A stretch of DNA of 64,000 nucleotides. It comes from an uncultured delta proteobacterium. GTDB taxonomy: Bacteria; Myxococcota_A; Polyangia; Polyangiales; JAFGIB01. The stretch is from positions 160,001 to 224,000 of the forward strand of contig CAVZVA010000010.1 of the NCBI GenBank assembly GCA_963778655.1, written 5' to 3'. The notes beneath the pieces are model-generated. The model did no database searches and was not told the DNA's origin. It saw only the letters and a list, made by a program, of their open reading frames with translations. Shown in pieces: positions 42,312 to 54,414 of the stretch. The stretch's first letter is position 1, and every line of letters begins with the position of its first letter. The translations under genes were made by a program, and so were the position numbers.

Positions 42312-44877
42312 TTATAGCCAGGTCCGCCTAGGGCGAACCAGTCATTCCAAACACCATCATTCTGCCGTCCGTAGGTGTTGTCATAGCACGAAAAATTCGA
42401 GGTGAGGAAATTGTACGAGTTGTTGTAGAAAGGGTCCCAAGTCGATGCATCGGGGCTCGTCACGAGATCTCGGATGTAGGCAGCGGAACCAACCCCAGCC
42501 GCAACAAACTGCCCACTCCCCATGTCGGTGGCGGTCATGACGTGGGACGCGTCTTGGGCATCGGCCACCTCACCGTACCAGCTCGCCGTGGCGATTCCAC
42601 CTGCGAGACCATCAAATGTCGTCCCAGCGTTTGGATCATAGTATGTCGCCGGCACAGCGCCGATCCATTCATCGCCCCACCACACGTAATACCAGCCGGG
42701 CTGGGCGAGAACGCCAGTGAGCGCTTCTACCTGGTTTCCCCCAAGAACGCTTGCAGGCAATACCATGCCTGGCGCTTTAGTTGAGGAGATCTGATACCAG
42801 CCGTTGCATCCGCTGTTCCAACAAGAGGTCTGGTAGCCGTCTGGGGTTAAAAACAAAAAGAGGTGGGTCGAGGAGTCCTGGAAGAGCTGAGGCTGTACCA
42901 TCCAGCCGACCTCCAACGTGTCCTTCAGGCCGTCTGCACCGACGTTTGCCGCGGCGAACTGCATCAGCGACATTCGGCCCGGTTCGGTGGCATCAAGCAC
43001 GGGATTCCAGATGTTTAGGAATGCGGCCGTGCCCCAGAATGATCCGAAGGCGGTCACCTGCTGGTAGTGTCTGCAGTATCCGGGTGAATTGGGCGGGCAA
43101 ATTGCGGGATCGGGATTGTTCACAGACGCGAAGAAGTCGTTGAGCGTCGTCGCTTTGGTCGAAACGTAGTCGGCATCAGGCCGCCAACGTGGAACGGTAC
43201 CGTTGGGTCCCGTGAGTTGGGCATTGACTCCCATGAGCAACCGTTCCATTTCCGGTGTCATAACTTCAGCGCGGGTCTTCCCCTCGAGTTCCCACAACGG
43301 CGGTGGCAGTGGAGGCGGCGTGACCCCGTCGGGAAGCTGCGATTCCGGCTTTACCCAGTCGAACAACTGGCCGCGACTTCGTTGCTTGCCGGCGACGATG
43401 TCCAGGTTCGCGCGATCGGCGTCGATGGCGGCTTCAATGCGTGCGCCACGCGAACTCTGCGATCCAGAAATCGTTAGCGCCTCTGCCTGCGCCTGCGGTG
43501 GCGCCTGATCTTGTGCGTTTTCACGCTCCATTACACATCCTGCACACCCTGGAATTCCCCCGATTTCTTGGACAAGTTCAATGAGGCACTATGCGTCCAG
43601 AAATCATGCCAAAGAAGCGACAAGGAAAACGCCGGAAGTTCACCAGCGAGTACAAGGCGGAGGTGGTTCGGCTGTGCCAGCAGCCGGGCAGCACGCCGTT
43701 CGCGGTTGCCCGAGAGCTTGGCCTGACGGCAAGCGCGGTGACCAACTGGGTTCGTCAAGCGACCGTGGATGCCGGCGGCGGCGGCTCGGGTCCGCTGACG
43801 ACGGCGGAGCGAGAGGAGCTGGCGGCGCTTCGGCGTGAAAACCGAGTGCTGCGACAGGAACGCGAGATTCTGAAACGGGCCACCGCTTTTTTCGCCAAGG
43901 AGGGCACGTCGTGACCGCAGACGTGTACCGTTTGGCCGACGAGTCCAAGACGTCGGTCGCCGCGGTCTGTCGTGCGCTGCAGTTGCCACGCAGCACGGTG
44001 TATGCGCAACGGTCGCGCCCTGTGAGCGCACGGGCCCAGGAGACCGCACAGCTCGACGTCGAGATCACCGCGACCCATCTGCAAAGCAAGCGGCGCTACG
44101 GGAGCCCGCGCATTCACCGACACCTGCGGCGGCAAGGAAGACGCGTCAGCCGAAAACGCATCGAAGCGCGAATGAGGGCGCTGGGCTTGCGTGCCCGGTG
44201 TCCCAAGCGCTTCCGGCGCACGACCCAGGCCGACAGCTCGCACGTCCCGGCGCCCAACCTGCTCGATCGCCGCTTCCGCTGGGACAGCCCCAATCGAGCA
44301 TGGGTCGGCGATATCACCTACGTGTGGACCGCCCAGGGATGGAGCTACCTGGCGATCCTGGTGGACCTGTGCACGCGAGCCATCGTCGGCTGGGCCGTCA
44401 GCGACCGTTGCGACACGGCCCTGGCGCTGCGGGCTCTGCGGGCCGCCGTGGCTCGCCAGCGTCCTAGCCCAGGTCTGCTTCACCACACCGACCGCGGCTC
44501 GACGTACACGGCCGCGGACTACCGCGCGTGCCTTCGCAAGCTCGGCATGCAGGTCAGCATGAGTCGGAAAGGCAACTGCTGGGACAACGCCGTGGCGGAG
44601 TCGACCATTGGCACCATCAAAGCCGAGCTCTTTGGAGACCGGGTTCCGGGGAGCATCGACGAAGTCCGCTCCCTGCTGTTCCCGTATATCGAGGGCTTCT
44701 ACAACCGATCCCGTCTTCATTCTTCAATCGACTACATGACACCTGCGGAGAAAGAAGACATGACCTGTCACAGCGGAGCTGTGGCATAACAAAGCTGTCT
44801 ACGAAATCGGGGGAGGCTCACCCGAACGAAGGAAGAACCAACGTAGTGCAATAGAGAAAAGTTCTTGCAAGAGGCAT
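42284..44877 (-). pseudogene. Neprosin-family glutamic peptidase lipoprotein, signal peptide interrupted by IS3
   Basis: LEVGW, TPDGYQTSCWN, WIGAVP, WYGEV, TDMGSGQF, GGPG; removing IS3 restores MPLARTFLYCTTLVLPSFGCAGCVMEREN with AAGGAG RBS. Confidence 0.85.
43550..44820 (+). mobile_element. IS3-family element, complete (orfA 43591-43914, orfB 43911-44789)
   Basis: IRs TGGAATTCCCCCGATTTC / GAAATCGGGGGAGGCTCA, CCC target duplication, WVGDITY, HTDRGS, NAVAES. Confidence 0.95.
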
Positions 44878-45090
44878 GAGGCGCTCCTTAGTAGTGAGGT
44901 TGGGATTGGGTTGATCAGATTCGACACGCTCGGGCACGTTTCTGTCGTGTACCTCAGGGCCTACAAATGGCATTTTTTTCCAGTGGAGGCGGATGAATCG
45001 CGGTGGAGTGCAGGATGCTCTTGCGCGTGGTGCGACGAAGTGAAAGACCGATCGTGTGCGGGTTGCGCGCGGGTGGGAGTGCGTTTTGCC

Positions 45091-45723
45091 GTGGCTTCGA
45101 CCGACCGCCTTGTGATGGTGGTGGAAGACGATCCCCTCGTGGCACGGGCCATCGCGCGTCGGCTTCGCCCTAGGGTTCAGGTGGAAGTGAGCGAACGCAC
45201 AGGGTCGGCCCTTGCTCGTTTGTGTCAGCTAGGCGCTGCGCTGATCGTCGACGTCAACCTTCCTGATGGCTGTGGCCTCTCGGTGGCCGAGCATGCGCGG
45301 TCCCGTGCTGCCGGCTTGCCCATCCTCGTGGTGACGGGCGCTCCTGACGCGCGGGTCGCCGCCTCGGCGTTCGCGCTCGACGCTCCCCTCTTGATCAAGC
45401 CATTTGCTCCCCAAAATCTCGATCGTTTCATTGCGCGAGTTGTCTCCTGCCAGGAGTGCGCAGCGCATGACTCGGCGGCCCATCTTGATTGGTATCTAGA
45501 CAGGTCAGCGGTTAAGGTCACGGCGCGGGAGAGAGAGATCCTTTCCCTCGCGATCCTGGGCCTCGAACGGCGCGAGATCGCACGGTCTCTCGGGCTTGCG
45601 GAAGGCACGATCAAGACGTTCATCAACCGGCTGCTCCGCAAGACGGGTGAGAGAAATCTGGCGAGAATGGCGATGCGGATTTGGACCGCGCGCAGCGGAC
45701 CGCCAGGAACCCGTCGTTCTTAA
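45091..45723 (+). CDS. Response regulator with LuxR-type HTH
   Basis: VVEDD, DVNLPDG, VTG, KPF; TAREREIL..IARSLGLAEGTIK. Confidence 0.85.
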   Translation: MASTDRLVMVVEDDPLVARAIARRLRPRVQVEVSERTGSALARLCQLGAALIVDVNLPDGCGLSVAEHARSRAAGLPILVVTGAPDARVAASAFALDAPLLIKPFAPQNLDRFIARVVSCQECAAHDSAAHLDWYLDRSAVKVTAREREILSLAILGLERREIARSLGLAEGTIKTFINRLLRKTGERNLARMAMRIWTARSGPPGTRRS

Positions 45724-45815
45724 CACTACTGATCCCCCGCGCGAACAAGTAGCGAGAGCGGAAGGTCCGGCCATCCGCTCACAACAACGCCCTGTTGACC
45801 TGAGGGCGAGTCACC

Positions 45816-46982
45816 GTGAAGATCGGCACTGCGGGGCGAGTTCGGGGTCGGGAGGCGGGCTTGGCGATCGGTCGGCGGCTGGCGGCGTGGCTCACGGCGG
45901 GGTTGGTGGCGAGCGGATGCAGCGATGCAGCGCAGCCGCCGTGCGGCGGCAAGGACACCTGTCCGTCGGGGTATAGCTGTCAGGATCGCGGGCAAGGCTA
46001 TCGCTGCTGGCGGAATGGCGCCGACGGTGGCGCATACGCGGCGACGCCGGCCGACGATGCAGGCGGCGGGGGCGAGCACGATGCCGGCACGCTCGGGCCC
46101 GTGGGTGGCTCGGTGGGTGGCTCGAGCGATGCAGTCACGGACGCGGGACCTGCGGACGGCAGCTCGTCCGGTACGGGCCGCGACGCCGGCGCAACGCCGC
46201 CGGCCGGTAGCTGTTCGGCGCCGGCGATCCTGTTCTTGATCGACGGATCGAGCAGCATGTGTGCGCCGTTCGACGGGTTGACGCGCTGGACGGCGGTGCG
46301 CGCGGCGCTGCTCGATGACGAGGGGGTGCTGCGGCGCTCGCAAGCGCAGGCCGATCTCGGCGTGACGCTGTTCGACGGCTCGATCGACAGCGGGCTGGTC
46401 TTGGTGTCAGGGAATGTGTCATCCGGCGTGGCGTGCGACTCGTTGTCCAACGCGGCGGTGACCAGCGAGTGTCCGCACCTGATCGTCGTCCAGCCCGCGG
46501 CAAACAACGCCGACGCCATCGATGCGATGTATCCCACTGCCGAGCTCGGCGGCTCGACACCGACCGACAAGGCGATGGCCGTCGCCGAGACCGAGCTGGA
46601 ACACGCTGGCCTCGGCGCAGATCCCAGGCATCCTGCTGCGATCGTGTTGGTCACAGACGGTACGCCCAACGATTTCTGCGTCGGTGGCGCTGGTGGCGAC
46701 GGCAGCGCGCAACGCGCCGGCGCGATCGCCCAGGTCGATCGCGCTGCGAGCATGGGCATCCGTACCTTCGCGATCAATCTGGCCTCGGGCACTCAGAGGA
46801 TCCGTCCGAGGTACGCGCCGTCGGAGGGGCATCTGCGGGCGCCAGGACCGCTGTCACGAGGCCTCGGAGAGCTGGCCTGGGATGGCGGCGACGGGCTGCG
46901 CGACGCGACAGGTGCCACCTTGGTGGCATTGGGGCGGCTGAAACGGCAGTGCGGGCGCACGAAGACAGCCCGGGGGCCGTGA
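45816..46982 (+). pseudogene. vWA-domain lipoprotein, truncated near 46790
   Basis: VASGC lipobox; DGSSSM MIDAS, GSTPT, VTDGTPN. Confidence 0.75.
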
Positions 46983-47016
46983 CCCCGGTGCGCACGCCGG
47001 CGAGGGCGCTCTGCGG

Positions 47017-48390
47017 TTAGGCAGGTGGATCGGTGCCGTGGCGCGATGTGCGGGGGCGACCGAGGCGGCGGTCGCGCAGCGTGATGATGCGGCGCGCATC
47101 GCGATCGCCGCCGACGGTGCTGCGTTTGTCGAAGCGGTGCCGGACGATCACCGGCGCACGCTCGTGAACGACGTCGTGATCGATGCGCTCGTGACCGTCG
47201 CGGCGAGCCTGGCCCGGCCGAAGCCGGGCGGCCGGCGCGCTCCCGGTCGGGGTCCGCTGCGGGTGTTGGAAGTCCATGCCGTCGGAGGCGTGCTCGCAGA
47301 TGACCTCGACCTCGTCGAGCAGCGCCTCACGCGCCCGGTCCATCAGCTCGAAGCGTGCTTCAGCGCTGGCCGCGGGCTGAGCGCGAGCCGCGCGCTGCTC
47401 GAGCAGCCACTGCACCTGCCGCAACGTCGGCCCTGGGCGCGTGACGACGCCGGTGCCGAAGTCGGGCTCGGCCACCGGTGCCCCATGCTGCACGCGCATC
47501 TGATACGTCCCGTAAGGGAACTCTTGTGCGAAATCGCCACCGTTGCGAGCGAGCCGTGCGCGCTCGTGGCCATGCCGAAAGCCTCGCGTCTCGAGCGCCG
47601 CCTCGATGTGCGCCTGCTGCCCCACGATGCCGCGCGCACCGATGCGGAACGTCGGCACCGAGCGTCCCCGACTCTCGCGCAGGGTGCGCGGCTCGCTCCA
47701 GGGGTGCAGCCGCGTGATCGCCCGGGCGCCCAGCGGAGCGCGCTTCTGCCGCGCGCGCAGCTCGCGCGCGCTGTGCTCGGCCAGGCGCTTCATCGCGTGC
47801 ACGAGCTTGTCCAGATCACTGCCGAAGGCCAGGTACAGCAGCGGGGGCGGCGTCACGTCCAGCCGCAGCACCTCCGGCTGGCTGTCGCTGAAGTAGAAGT
47901 CGGGGCGGCGGACATCGAGGTAGCCCTTGCGCCAGAGCTCGAAGTCGAAGACGAAGCCGGGCATGTGCTCGGGACGCCAGAGCAGGCCCGCGGCCACCGG
48001 GTTGAGGTACTCGTAGATGAGCTGCGTGCTCTGGGCGGCGTCGTCGCACAGCCGCATCATGTGGGTGGCGCGGCCGTCGAACAGCTCGCCGGGCTGGTCG
48101 TAGCGCTGCTGGGCCAGCAGGGTGTTGAGCGCGCAGCTGAGCTCGTGGTGGAACATCCGAGTGAAGCACGGCAGGTTGTCGCGCTCGGGCGTGACGGTCA
48201 GGTGGTTGTGGGTGATGACGCGCGTGGCGTGATGGACGGCCACGCCGGTGTGCCTCTGTGCCAGCGCCAGGCTGTAGAGCCAGGCCTGCTCCACGCCCGG
48301 GTGCCACGGCGCCAGGAATGCCTTGCGTAGGGTCGTGCGCCGTGTGATGGCGGTGGTCGCACCGGGGACGATGATGCGCGGAGCCGTCAC
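47017..48390 (-). mobile_element. REP-associated (RAYT-like) Y1 HUH transposase
   Basis: PRIIVPGATTAITRRT, HNHL, Y..LNPVAAGL, FPYGTY. Confidence 0.7.
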
Positions 48391-48549
48391 GCCCGGCCGC
48401 GGGTGCGAGAACTGGGCCGGGCGGCCGCAAGGCAAAATCGGGCACTTAGGCGCCGAGCCCCGGCGAATCTGGCCGCCACCGCCGGCGGCCGCCACCACGC
48501 AACGCCCGGCACTGGACAGACTTTCGGCTATCTGGGATCGATCTTCTGA

Positions 48550-49211
48550 GGACCGTGCGCTTGAGGTGCTCGAGCTTCTGCTTGTTCGCGGTCTTCACGG
48601 TGCGGTACAGCTGCACCAAGCACGGCAGCGAAAAGGTCTTGCCCCACGGCAACGTGACCGCCACGGCGAGCACGACCCAGTTGTGCCCGAAGTGGAAGAA
48701 GGGCTTGTTGCCCGTCGACAGCAACGGGTCCCGGTGCATTCCAGCCGAGGCGATGTGCTTTCCGGTGTGACGAGCTAGCGTATCGTCCAGCGTCAGCTTC
48801 ACCCGCTCTTGCGGCGGCACCAGCCTCAGCGCCAGCTGCAGTACGACCCGGCCAACACGCTCCGGCGACCACGCCCCGCGGCTGAAGAACCGGTGGTAGC
48901 CGCTGGCGTCATCGCGCTCGGCTCCGGCTGCGCGCACCACGCCCGTGACGGTATGCTTGGCGATACATAGCAGCCAGCCCGTCATCAGCGTCACGAAGCG
49001 ACTGAAGCTCGGGGCCGTGAAGCACGGCTCAAATGCGTACAAGCACTCAACAAGGCTCTGAGGTAGCATCGGGCGGGGCTTTCATTGGTCAGGTTGCCGT
49101 CTAGACAACCGCGACTCTGATCCCGATGACGGCCCCACTCAATCTCTTTGCCCTCAGGCTCGCGCGTCTGCGCGCGAACCTGAGCGCCCTACAAAACCGC
49201 CGAAGTCGAGT
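48550..49211 (-). mobile_element. IS701/IS4-like transposase, 3' truncated (starts 49069)
   Basis: CFTAPSFSRF, YHRFFSRGAW, LDDTL, FGHNWV; end abuts CTAG at 49212. Confidence 0.7.
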
Positions 49212-49859
49212 CTAGGGACAGGACGTGCGTGAGTCGACCCTGACCATCATGCAGGGATCCCCATTCGCAGATGTCGAGCCGTCGCTGGGGAACGTCATGC
49301 CGCTCAGCGCCTGTCGATACTCCTCGGTCGTCAATGGCGCGAGCTGCCTATTCTCGACCTTGAAGAACCTGCGGTCTCCGAAGCCAGCGGGCTGGGCAAA
49401 CGTGTCGCCCTGCCGGACAAAGCCTGGCGGCACCCCGTCCTGGCTCGTGACGGCAAGGTCTGTTCCCTCGACACGCTCAGCATAGATTCCGTCCGGTAGG
49501 GTTTCGTCATGAACCAACGGTATCTCGATGTCGTCCCCTGCCTGCGCCACGAACGTCCACTTATCTGACGGACCGGTCTGCTCGCTCGCGATTTTGATAC
49601 AAGCACCGATGCAGGTTGAGACTTGCCTCTCCACCGCGAACAAGGTGCTGTCCAGCAGAAATGACTGCAATAGGGAGCTGTCCAGATGCACCGTGATGCC
49701 GTCCGGCACCGTGGCGCTGCCCGCGTTCACGGGTCCAACGCTAGCCATCGGTGCAGGCGCGGGCATTCCGCGCGGATGTGACGACCCCGGCTGCGAGGAT
49801 CCGCCGCAGCCCGCGGTGCCCAGAATGCCGACAATAGCAACGAAAATCGACTTGCACAT
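49212..49859 (-). CDS. Hypothetical lipoprotein downstream of G1-like peptidase
   Basis: AGGAGG RBS, MCKSIFVAIVGILGTAGC lipobox. Confidence 0.75.
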   Translation of the reverse strand: MCKSIFVAIVGILGTAGCGGSSQPGSSHPRGMPAPAPMASVGPVNAGSATVPDGITVHLDSSLLQSFLLDSTLFAVERQVSTCIGACIKIASEQTGPSDKWTFVAQAGDDIEIPLVHDETLPDGIYAERVEGTDLAVTSQDGVPPGFVRQGDTFAQPAGFGDRRFFKVENRQLAPLTTEEYRQALSGMTFPSDGSTSANGDPCMMVRVDSRTSCP

Positions 49860-49887
49860 GGTAAACCTCCTGTGTGCGTCACCTCGG

Positions 49888-51003
49888 TCAGTAGGTAAGG
49901 GTGAAGGTTCGCCCGGAACGGCTCGCGCCATACCAGCACTGGGGCGTCGATGACGTGAATCCCCATATGAACCCGAGCGAGTTTGCTACCTCGATGTAGT
50001 TGTTCGGATTCGGCCCGGGCTCGTAGAGATACGTGTTGGAGAATCGCTCCGGCGACGACGGATACTGGTTACAACTGTTTAGGTTGTACGGCTCCATCAC
50101 AGCGGGGAAGGCTGCCTGCATCGGGACCGATATCCATATCCAAAGGGAGGTCGATGTTCCGTCCTGCCGTCTCGACTGGATTTGCCACTCGCAACCACCT
50201 GCGGAGTTGCAGCTGGTGCCGGCCATCACCCCGGTAACGGTGTCGCCGGGATAGACGTTAATCGACGGACTGGACCAGAATGCATTCCCAGACCAGTCGA
50301 CAACCCACGAGTCCATCAGCCAATAGTTGCCGCCACCGTTATGAGCAGGGCCCCACTGCAAGACAGGCTGTATGAGTATCCAGCCTGAACCCAGGTTCTC
50401 CATGCCGTTCCAGAGGAAGATGGTCTGCCCCGACTGCGAGGTCGGGGTAGCAGGCACGGTCCACTGTCCGTCCATATAGTTGTACCAGTTGAAGCCATAG
50501 GCATTGGTTGGTGGCGGGAGGGGATAGAAATAGGTGTAAACCGCCCAGCCGGAGACGGTGGGTACCACCGAATCGGGAACCGGGGCAGATGCGGCCTGAA
50601 CCTGAGTCGCGGCGAAGGACGAGGACACCTTGGGAGCATAGCGGCACCGCGGGTAACGTGCCACGACGTTGCCCCCGTTGCCCCCTACACTAACAACCAC
50701 GTCGGACTCTTCGTAAGAGATCGTCGCACCTTCCGGCACCGCGTGAGCACACGAGCGGTGCGTCCTCAACACAGGCGTGGTCACGTACTCACTATCGTCT
50801 GCGGTCAGCAGTTGTGGTGATGCCTCTGACGCACCGGCCCCGCCTTGGTTGGTGTCGGCGGTCAACGGCTCTGGCGATGCCGCCACTGCATCCGCACTCT
50901 GTTTGCCATCTTGGCCTGGGGCCTCGCGCCCAGCCGGGCCTACGCACCCTGCAAGTTGCAGCGCGAGGAGCCCGGCCCCGCAAATCGCTACCGCGTGTCC
51001 CAT
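49888..51003 (-). CDS. G1-like glutamic peptidase lipoprotein
   Basis: LAGC lipobox; WTVP..IFLWNG..LIQPVLQW (Gln), VYPGD, AVMEPY (Glu). Confidence 0.7.
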   Translation of the reverse strand: MGHAVAICGAGLLALQLAGCVGPAGREAPGQDGKQSADAVAASPEPLTADTNQGGAGASEASPQLLTADDSEYVTTPVLRTHRSCAHAVPEGATISYEESDVVVSVGGNGGNVVARYPRCRYAPKVSSSFAATQVQAASAPVPDSVVPTVSGWAVYTYFYPLPPPTNAYGFNWYNYMDGQWTVPATPTSQSGQTIFLWNGMENLGSGWILIQPVLQWGPAHNGGGNYWLMDSWVVDWSGNAFWSSPSINVYPGDTVTGVMAGTSCNSAGGCEWQIQSRRQDGTSTSLWIWISVPMQAAFPAVMEPYNLNSCNQYPSSPERFSNTYLYEPGPNPNNYIEVANSLGFIWGFTSSTPQCWYGASRSGRTFTLTY

Positions 51004-51213
51004 GTCTTCCCCCTTTTCGTCCTTGCTGTAGGAGTGTTTGATCACATTCGACACGTCCGGGCGCGCCTCTGTCGTGCGCCTCAAGGCGTACAGGCAGCGC
51101 TTTTATTTCAGCACGACCAATAAATTCGCGACTGGCTGCATGGGTTGCCTTGCGCGGAGTGCCACGGAGTGAGACAGCGAGCATGAGCGCACTGCGCGGG
51201 GCGGAGGGCTTCC

Positions 51214-51837
51214 GTGGCTTCGACAGAACGCGTCGCGATGGTGGTGGAGGACGATGCGCTCGTGGCACGGGCCATCGCGCGTCGTCTGCGCTCTACAGTT
51301 CGGGTGGAAGTGAGCGGTCGCGCAGGGTCTGCGCTCGCTCGCGTGTGTCAGCTAGGCGCTGCGCTAGCGGCGTTGATCGTGGACGTCAAGCTTCCCGACG
51401 GGTGTGGCCTCTCGGTGGCCGAGCAAGCACGCGCCCGTGCGCCCAGCTTGCCCATCCTCGTGGTGACCGGCGCCGCTGATGCCAGGGTCGCCGACTTGGC
51501 ATTCGCGCTCGACGCTCCTCTCTTGATCAAGCCATTTGCTCCCCAGAGTCTCGATCGTTTCATCGCGCGAGTTGTCTACTGCCAGGGGTGTACAACGCAT
51601 GACCCAGCAGCCCATATCGACCGGTACTTGGAGAGATCGGCAGTGGATCTCACGGGGCGGGAGAGAGAGATCTTGTCCTTTGCGATGACGGGCCTCGAAC
51701 GGCGCGAGATCGCACGCTCTCTTGGGCTGGCGGAAGGCACGGTCAAGACCTTGATCAGCCGGCTGCTCCACAAGACAGGCGAGAGGAGTCTGTCTGGCAT
51801 AGCGCTGAGGATTTGGACCGCTCGCAGCGCACAATGA
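51214..51837 (+). CDS. Response regulator with LuxR-type HTH, paralog of 45091-45723
   Basis: Same motifs, clear nucleotide similarity. Confidence 0.85.
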   Translation: MASTERVAMVVEDDALVARAIARRLRSTVRVEVSGRAGSALARVCQLGAALAALIVDVKLPDGCGLSVAEQARARAPSLPILVVTGAADARVADLAFALDAPLLIKPFAPQSLDRFIARVVYCQGCTTHDPAAHIDRYLERSAVDLTGREREILSFAMTGLERREIARSLGLAEGTVKTLISRLLHKTGERSLSGIALRIWTARSAQ

Positions 51838-51861
51838 GCACTGCAACCCGAGCTCGCGCCC

Positions 51862-53794
51862 GTAACCGTTCAGCCACCGTCTTGAGCGCGGGATCGCGTT
51901 GTGCGACTTCGGGCGCATCACGACACGCATCCAGGACCTGAGCGAGCAGATCGAGAAGTTGGTGCGCGAGCACATCGAGGCGAGCCGTCGAGCGGCGGCA
52001 TCAGCCGTGGAGCGTGCGTTCGCGTCGACCGCAACGAAGCCGCGGGCGCAGCCCGCGCACGCGGCGCCGCGCGCGACCGGACGCCGTCGACCGGGGACGG
52101 AGCTGGCAGCGCTGAGCGAGCGCTTGTACGAGTCGGTGTGCGCGCAGCCCGGCGAGACGATGGCGGTGCTCGGGCCCGAGCTCGGCAAGAGGCCGCGCGA
52201 GCTACATCGCCCGATGGCAGTGCTCAAGCACGCGGGTCGTGTGCGCAGCGTCGGTCAGCGCCACCAGACGCGCTACTACCCCGGCGTGCGGTCCGCGTGA
52301 GCGGACGCTGATCAGGCCGGCGCGTCCGCGCCGATGAGTCGCGGCGCCGGCGTACCGTCGATGTGTGCCGTCACGCTGGCGACCATGAAGTCGAGCACGT
52401 CCTTGCGCTGCTTGCGCGCGGTGCGTACGGCGGTCATCACGCGCTCGGCACAGCGCCTCGCGGTGCGCGAGGATGTCGGCACACGAGCCCGACAGCCGTT
52501 CGATATCGGCTGCCGCGCCACGCGTAAGGAGCCGCTCGATGTCGCGTTGCACGGGGCGAAGCCAGAATTGCAGCTCCTGTCGGGTCAGCACGCCATCCTT
52601 GAAGCCGTGCCAGTACTCGAACATCAACGCGGTCAGCTCGAGCAGCTCGCGGCCGATCGCGCCAGCCGGACCATCGCGCTCAGAAAAGGCAACGAACTTG
52701 CGAAGCAGGTGCGCATGGCAGATTTGCCGTAGCGACATCACCCAGAAGTCGAAGACCGTGGCGCGGTCGCTGACGAGGATGCCCAGCCGCGGACCGAACA
52801 TCGGCCCAATGGTGTCGCGGCAGCCGTCAGCAAAGATTTGATAGACCGTCGCCGCTGCCGTGGCCAGCGTCCACAGCGACATCAGCTTGCCGCTGCGCGT
52901 CCAGCTCGTGGCGTCGGTGTGCTTGACCTCGGCGTACTGCACCTCGCGCAACGCTTCTTCGTGCGCGGACTTCAGCGCTTCGCTGGCACGCTGCTCCATC
53001 GCGCTGATGGCGCCGAGCGAGACCGAGATCCCGAACAACTCGGCGAGCAACTTCTGCGTCTTGCGCCGGCTCAGATGGTAGACGCCGGTGAGCATCGCGA
53101 CCACGGCGGTCAGGCAGGGCCCGAACGCCGAGCTGGGGATCTGCGCGCGCTCGCAGGCCGCTCGAGTACAGGCGTCGCAGCGTTCGCAGTCGACCTCGTG
53201 CAGGCGCCACTCGGTCACGTGCGGGCGATGATCACGCAGATCGATCTGCTGGTAGCGGCACGCGGCGATATCGGCGAGCCGCGGCAGCGGGTGCGCGCAG
53301 CCCAGGCACACGTCCGGGAACAGGTCGACGAACGTGTCGACGCGCTCGGGCGGGAGCAGCTCGCGATACGACCCACGGTGGCCCTTCTGGCCGCCGCGTT
53401 TGCGCCCCGACTTCGGCCGGCTGCTCGCCGCCACGCCACCGCCCGAGCCAGGCCCGTCGCTCGACGGCGGCAGGTGCGAGTTCTTCGAGTTGCGGTTCAG
53501 CAGCTCCGTCAGCACCTCGATCTGCGCCGCTTGCCTCGCGACCTGCTCGCTCAGCGCGGCGAGCTTCGCCTCCTGCGCGGCGAGCTTCGCGTCGCGCTCG
53601 GCAAGCTTCGCGTCGCGCTCGGCGAGCTGCGCATCGCGCTCGGCGAGGGCCGCCCCGAGCAACGCGACACGCTCCCCCGGTTCGGTAGCCCGCCGATCGT
53701 CTCCCTCGCCAACCGCCACAGCCAGCTTAGATCATGATCGGATCGGCATGTCCATCCGTCTCGCGCAAGAAAATGTCGAGGGCTGAACAGTTAC
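51862..53794 (-). mobile_element. IS66-family element; transposase 53719-52312 internally deleted near 52452
   Basis: GTAACCGTTCAGCC / GGCTGAACAGTTAC IRs; NSKNSHLPPSSD, GGQKGHRG, HTDATSW, SDR, QICHAHLLR. Confidence 0.85.
51899..52300 (+). CDS. Small winged-helix DNA-binding protein carried inside IS66
   Basis: N-terminal helix, GRRR, PGETM..LG..L.RP..L..AGRVRSVGQRHQTRYYP. Confidence 0.6.
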   Translation: MCDFGRITTRIQDLSEQIEKLVREHIEASRRAAASAVERAFASTATKPRAQPAHAAPRATGRRRPGTELAALSERLYESVCAQPGETMAVLGPELGKRPRELHRPMAVLKHAGRVRSVGQRHQTRYYPGVRSA

Positions 53795-53800
53795 ACCGGA

Positions 53801-54292
53801 GTGTCGCAGCGAACGCTTGCCTCCTGGCTCGCTGACTCGTCCTGCTACGTCCAGACATCGCGATGCGAGGGGTTTGGGATGCCGGTGGTCGAAGCCATGG
53901 CATGTGGGGTCCCCGTCATCGCAGTGAACTTCGGTGGGCACCTGGAGATGTGCAATCGCGACACCTCGTACCTCGTGAACTGTACGGTGACCAAGCCCCC
54001 ACCCGGGGCCATCGCCGAGGGGCTCGGGATGATCAGGCGTTGGGCCGAGACTGAGGTCAGCCACCTGCGCTATCAGATGCGCCGTGCGTTCACGGATCGC
54101 GACGAAGCGAAGCAACGCGGGCGGGCCGCGCAACAGTATGTCAGCCAGAGGTTCACGTGGGAACACACAGCATTAGCTATCGTTCAGGCGGTCAACGCGA
54201 TCTCGCTATCGCAGGCGACGAGTTCCTCCTCTCCGCAGCACGGCGGGGACTGGAAGCCGAGTGTAGTGGACGGCCCTTCTGTGCAGGACTGA
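53801..54292 (+). pseudogene. GT4 glycosyltransferase C-terminal fragment
   Basis: SRCEGFGMPVVEAMACGVPVI, FTWE. Confidence 0.8.
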
Positions 54293-54414
54293 TCCTGAGC
54301 CATCGAGGTCAGCTCGTATTGACGTTGACCAAGTCAAGTCGATGGGTGACGTCCGACGGCCGCACGCGCATCTCGGTCTCCTGCGTCGGCGGCGGCCAGG
54401 AGTCGGGGGAGACC

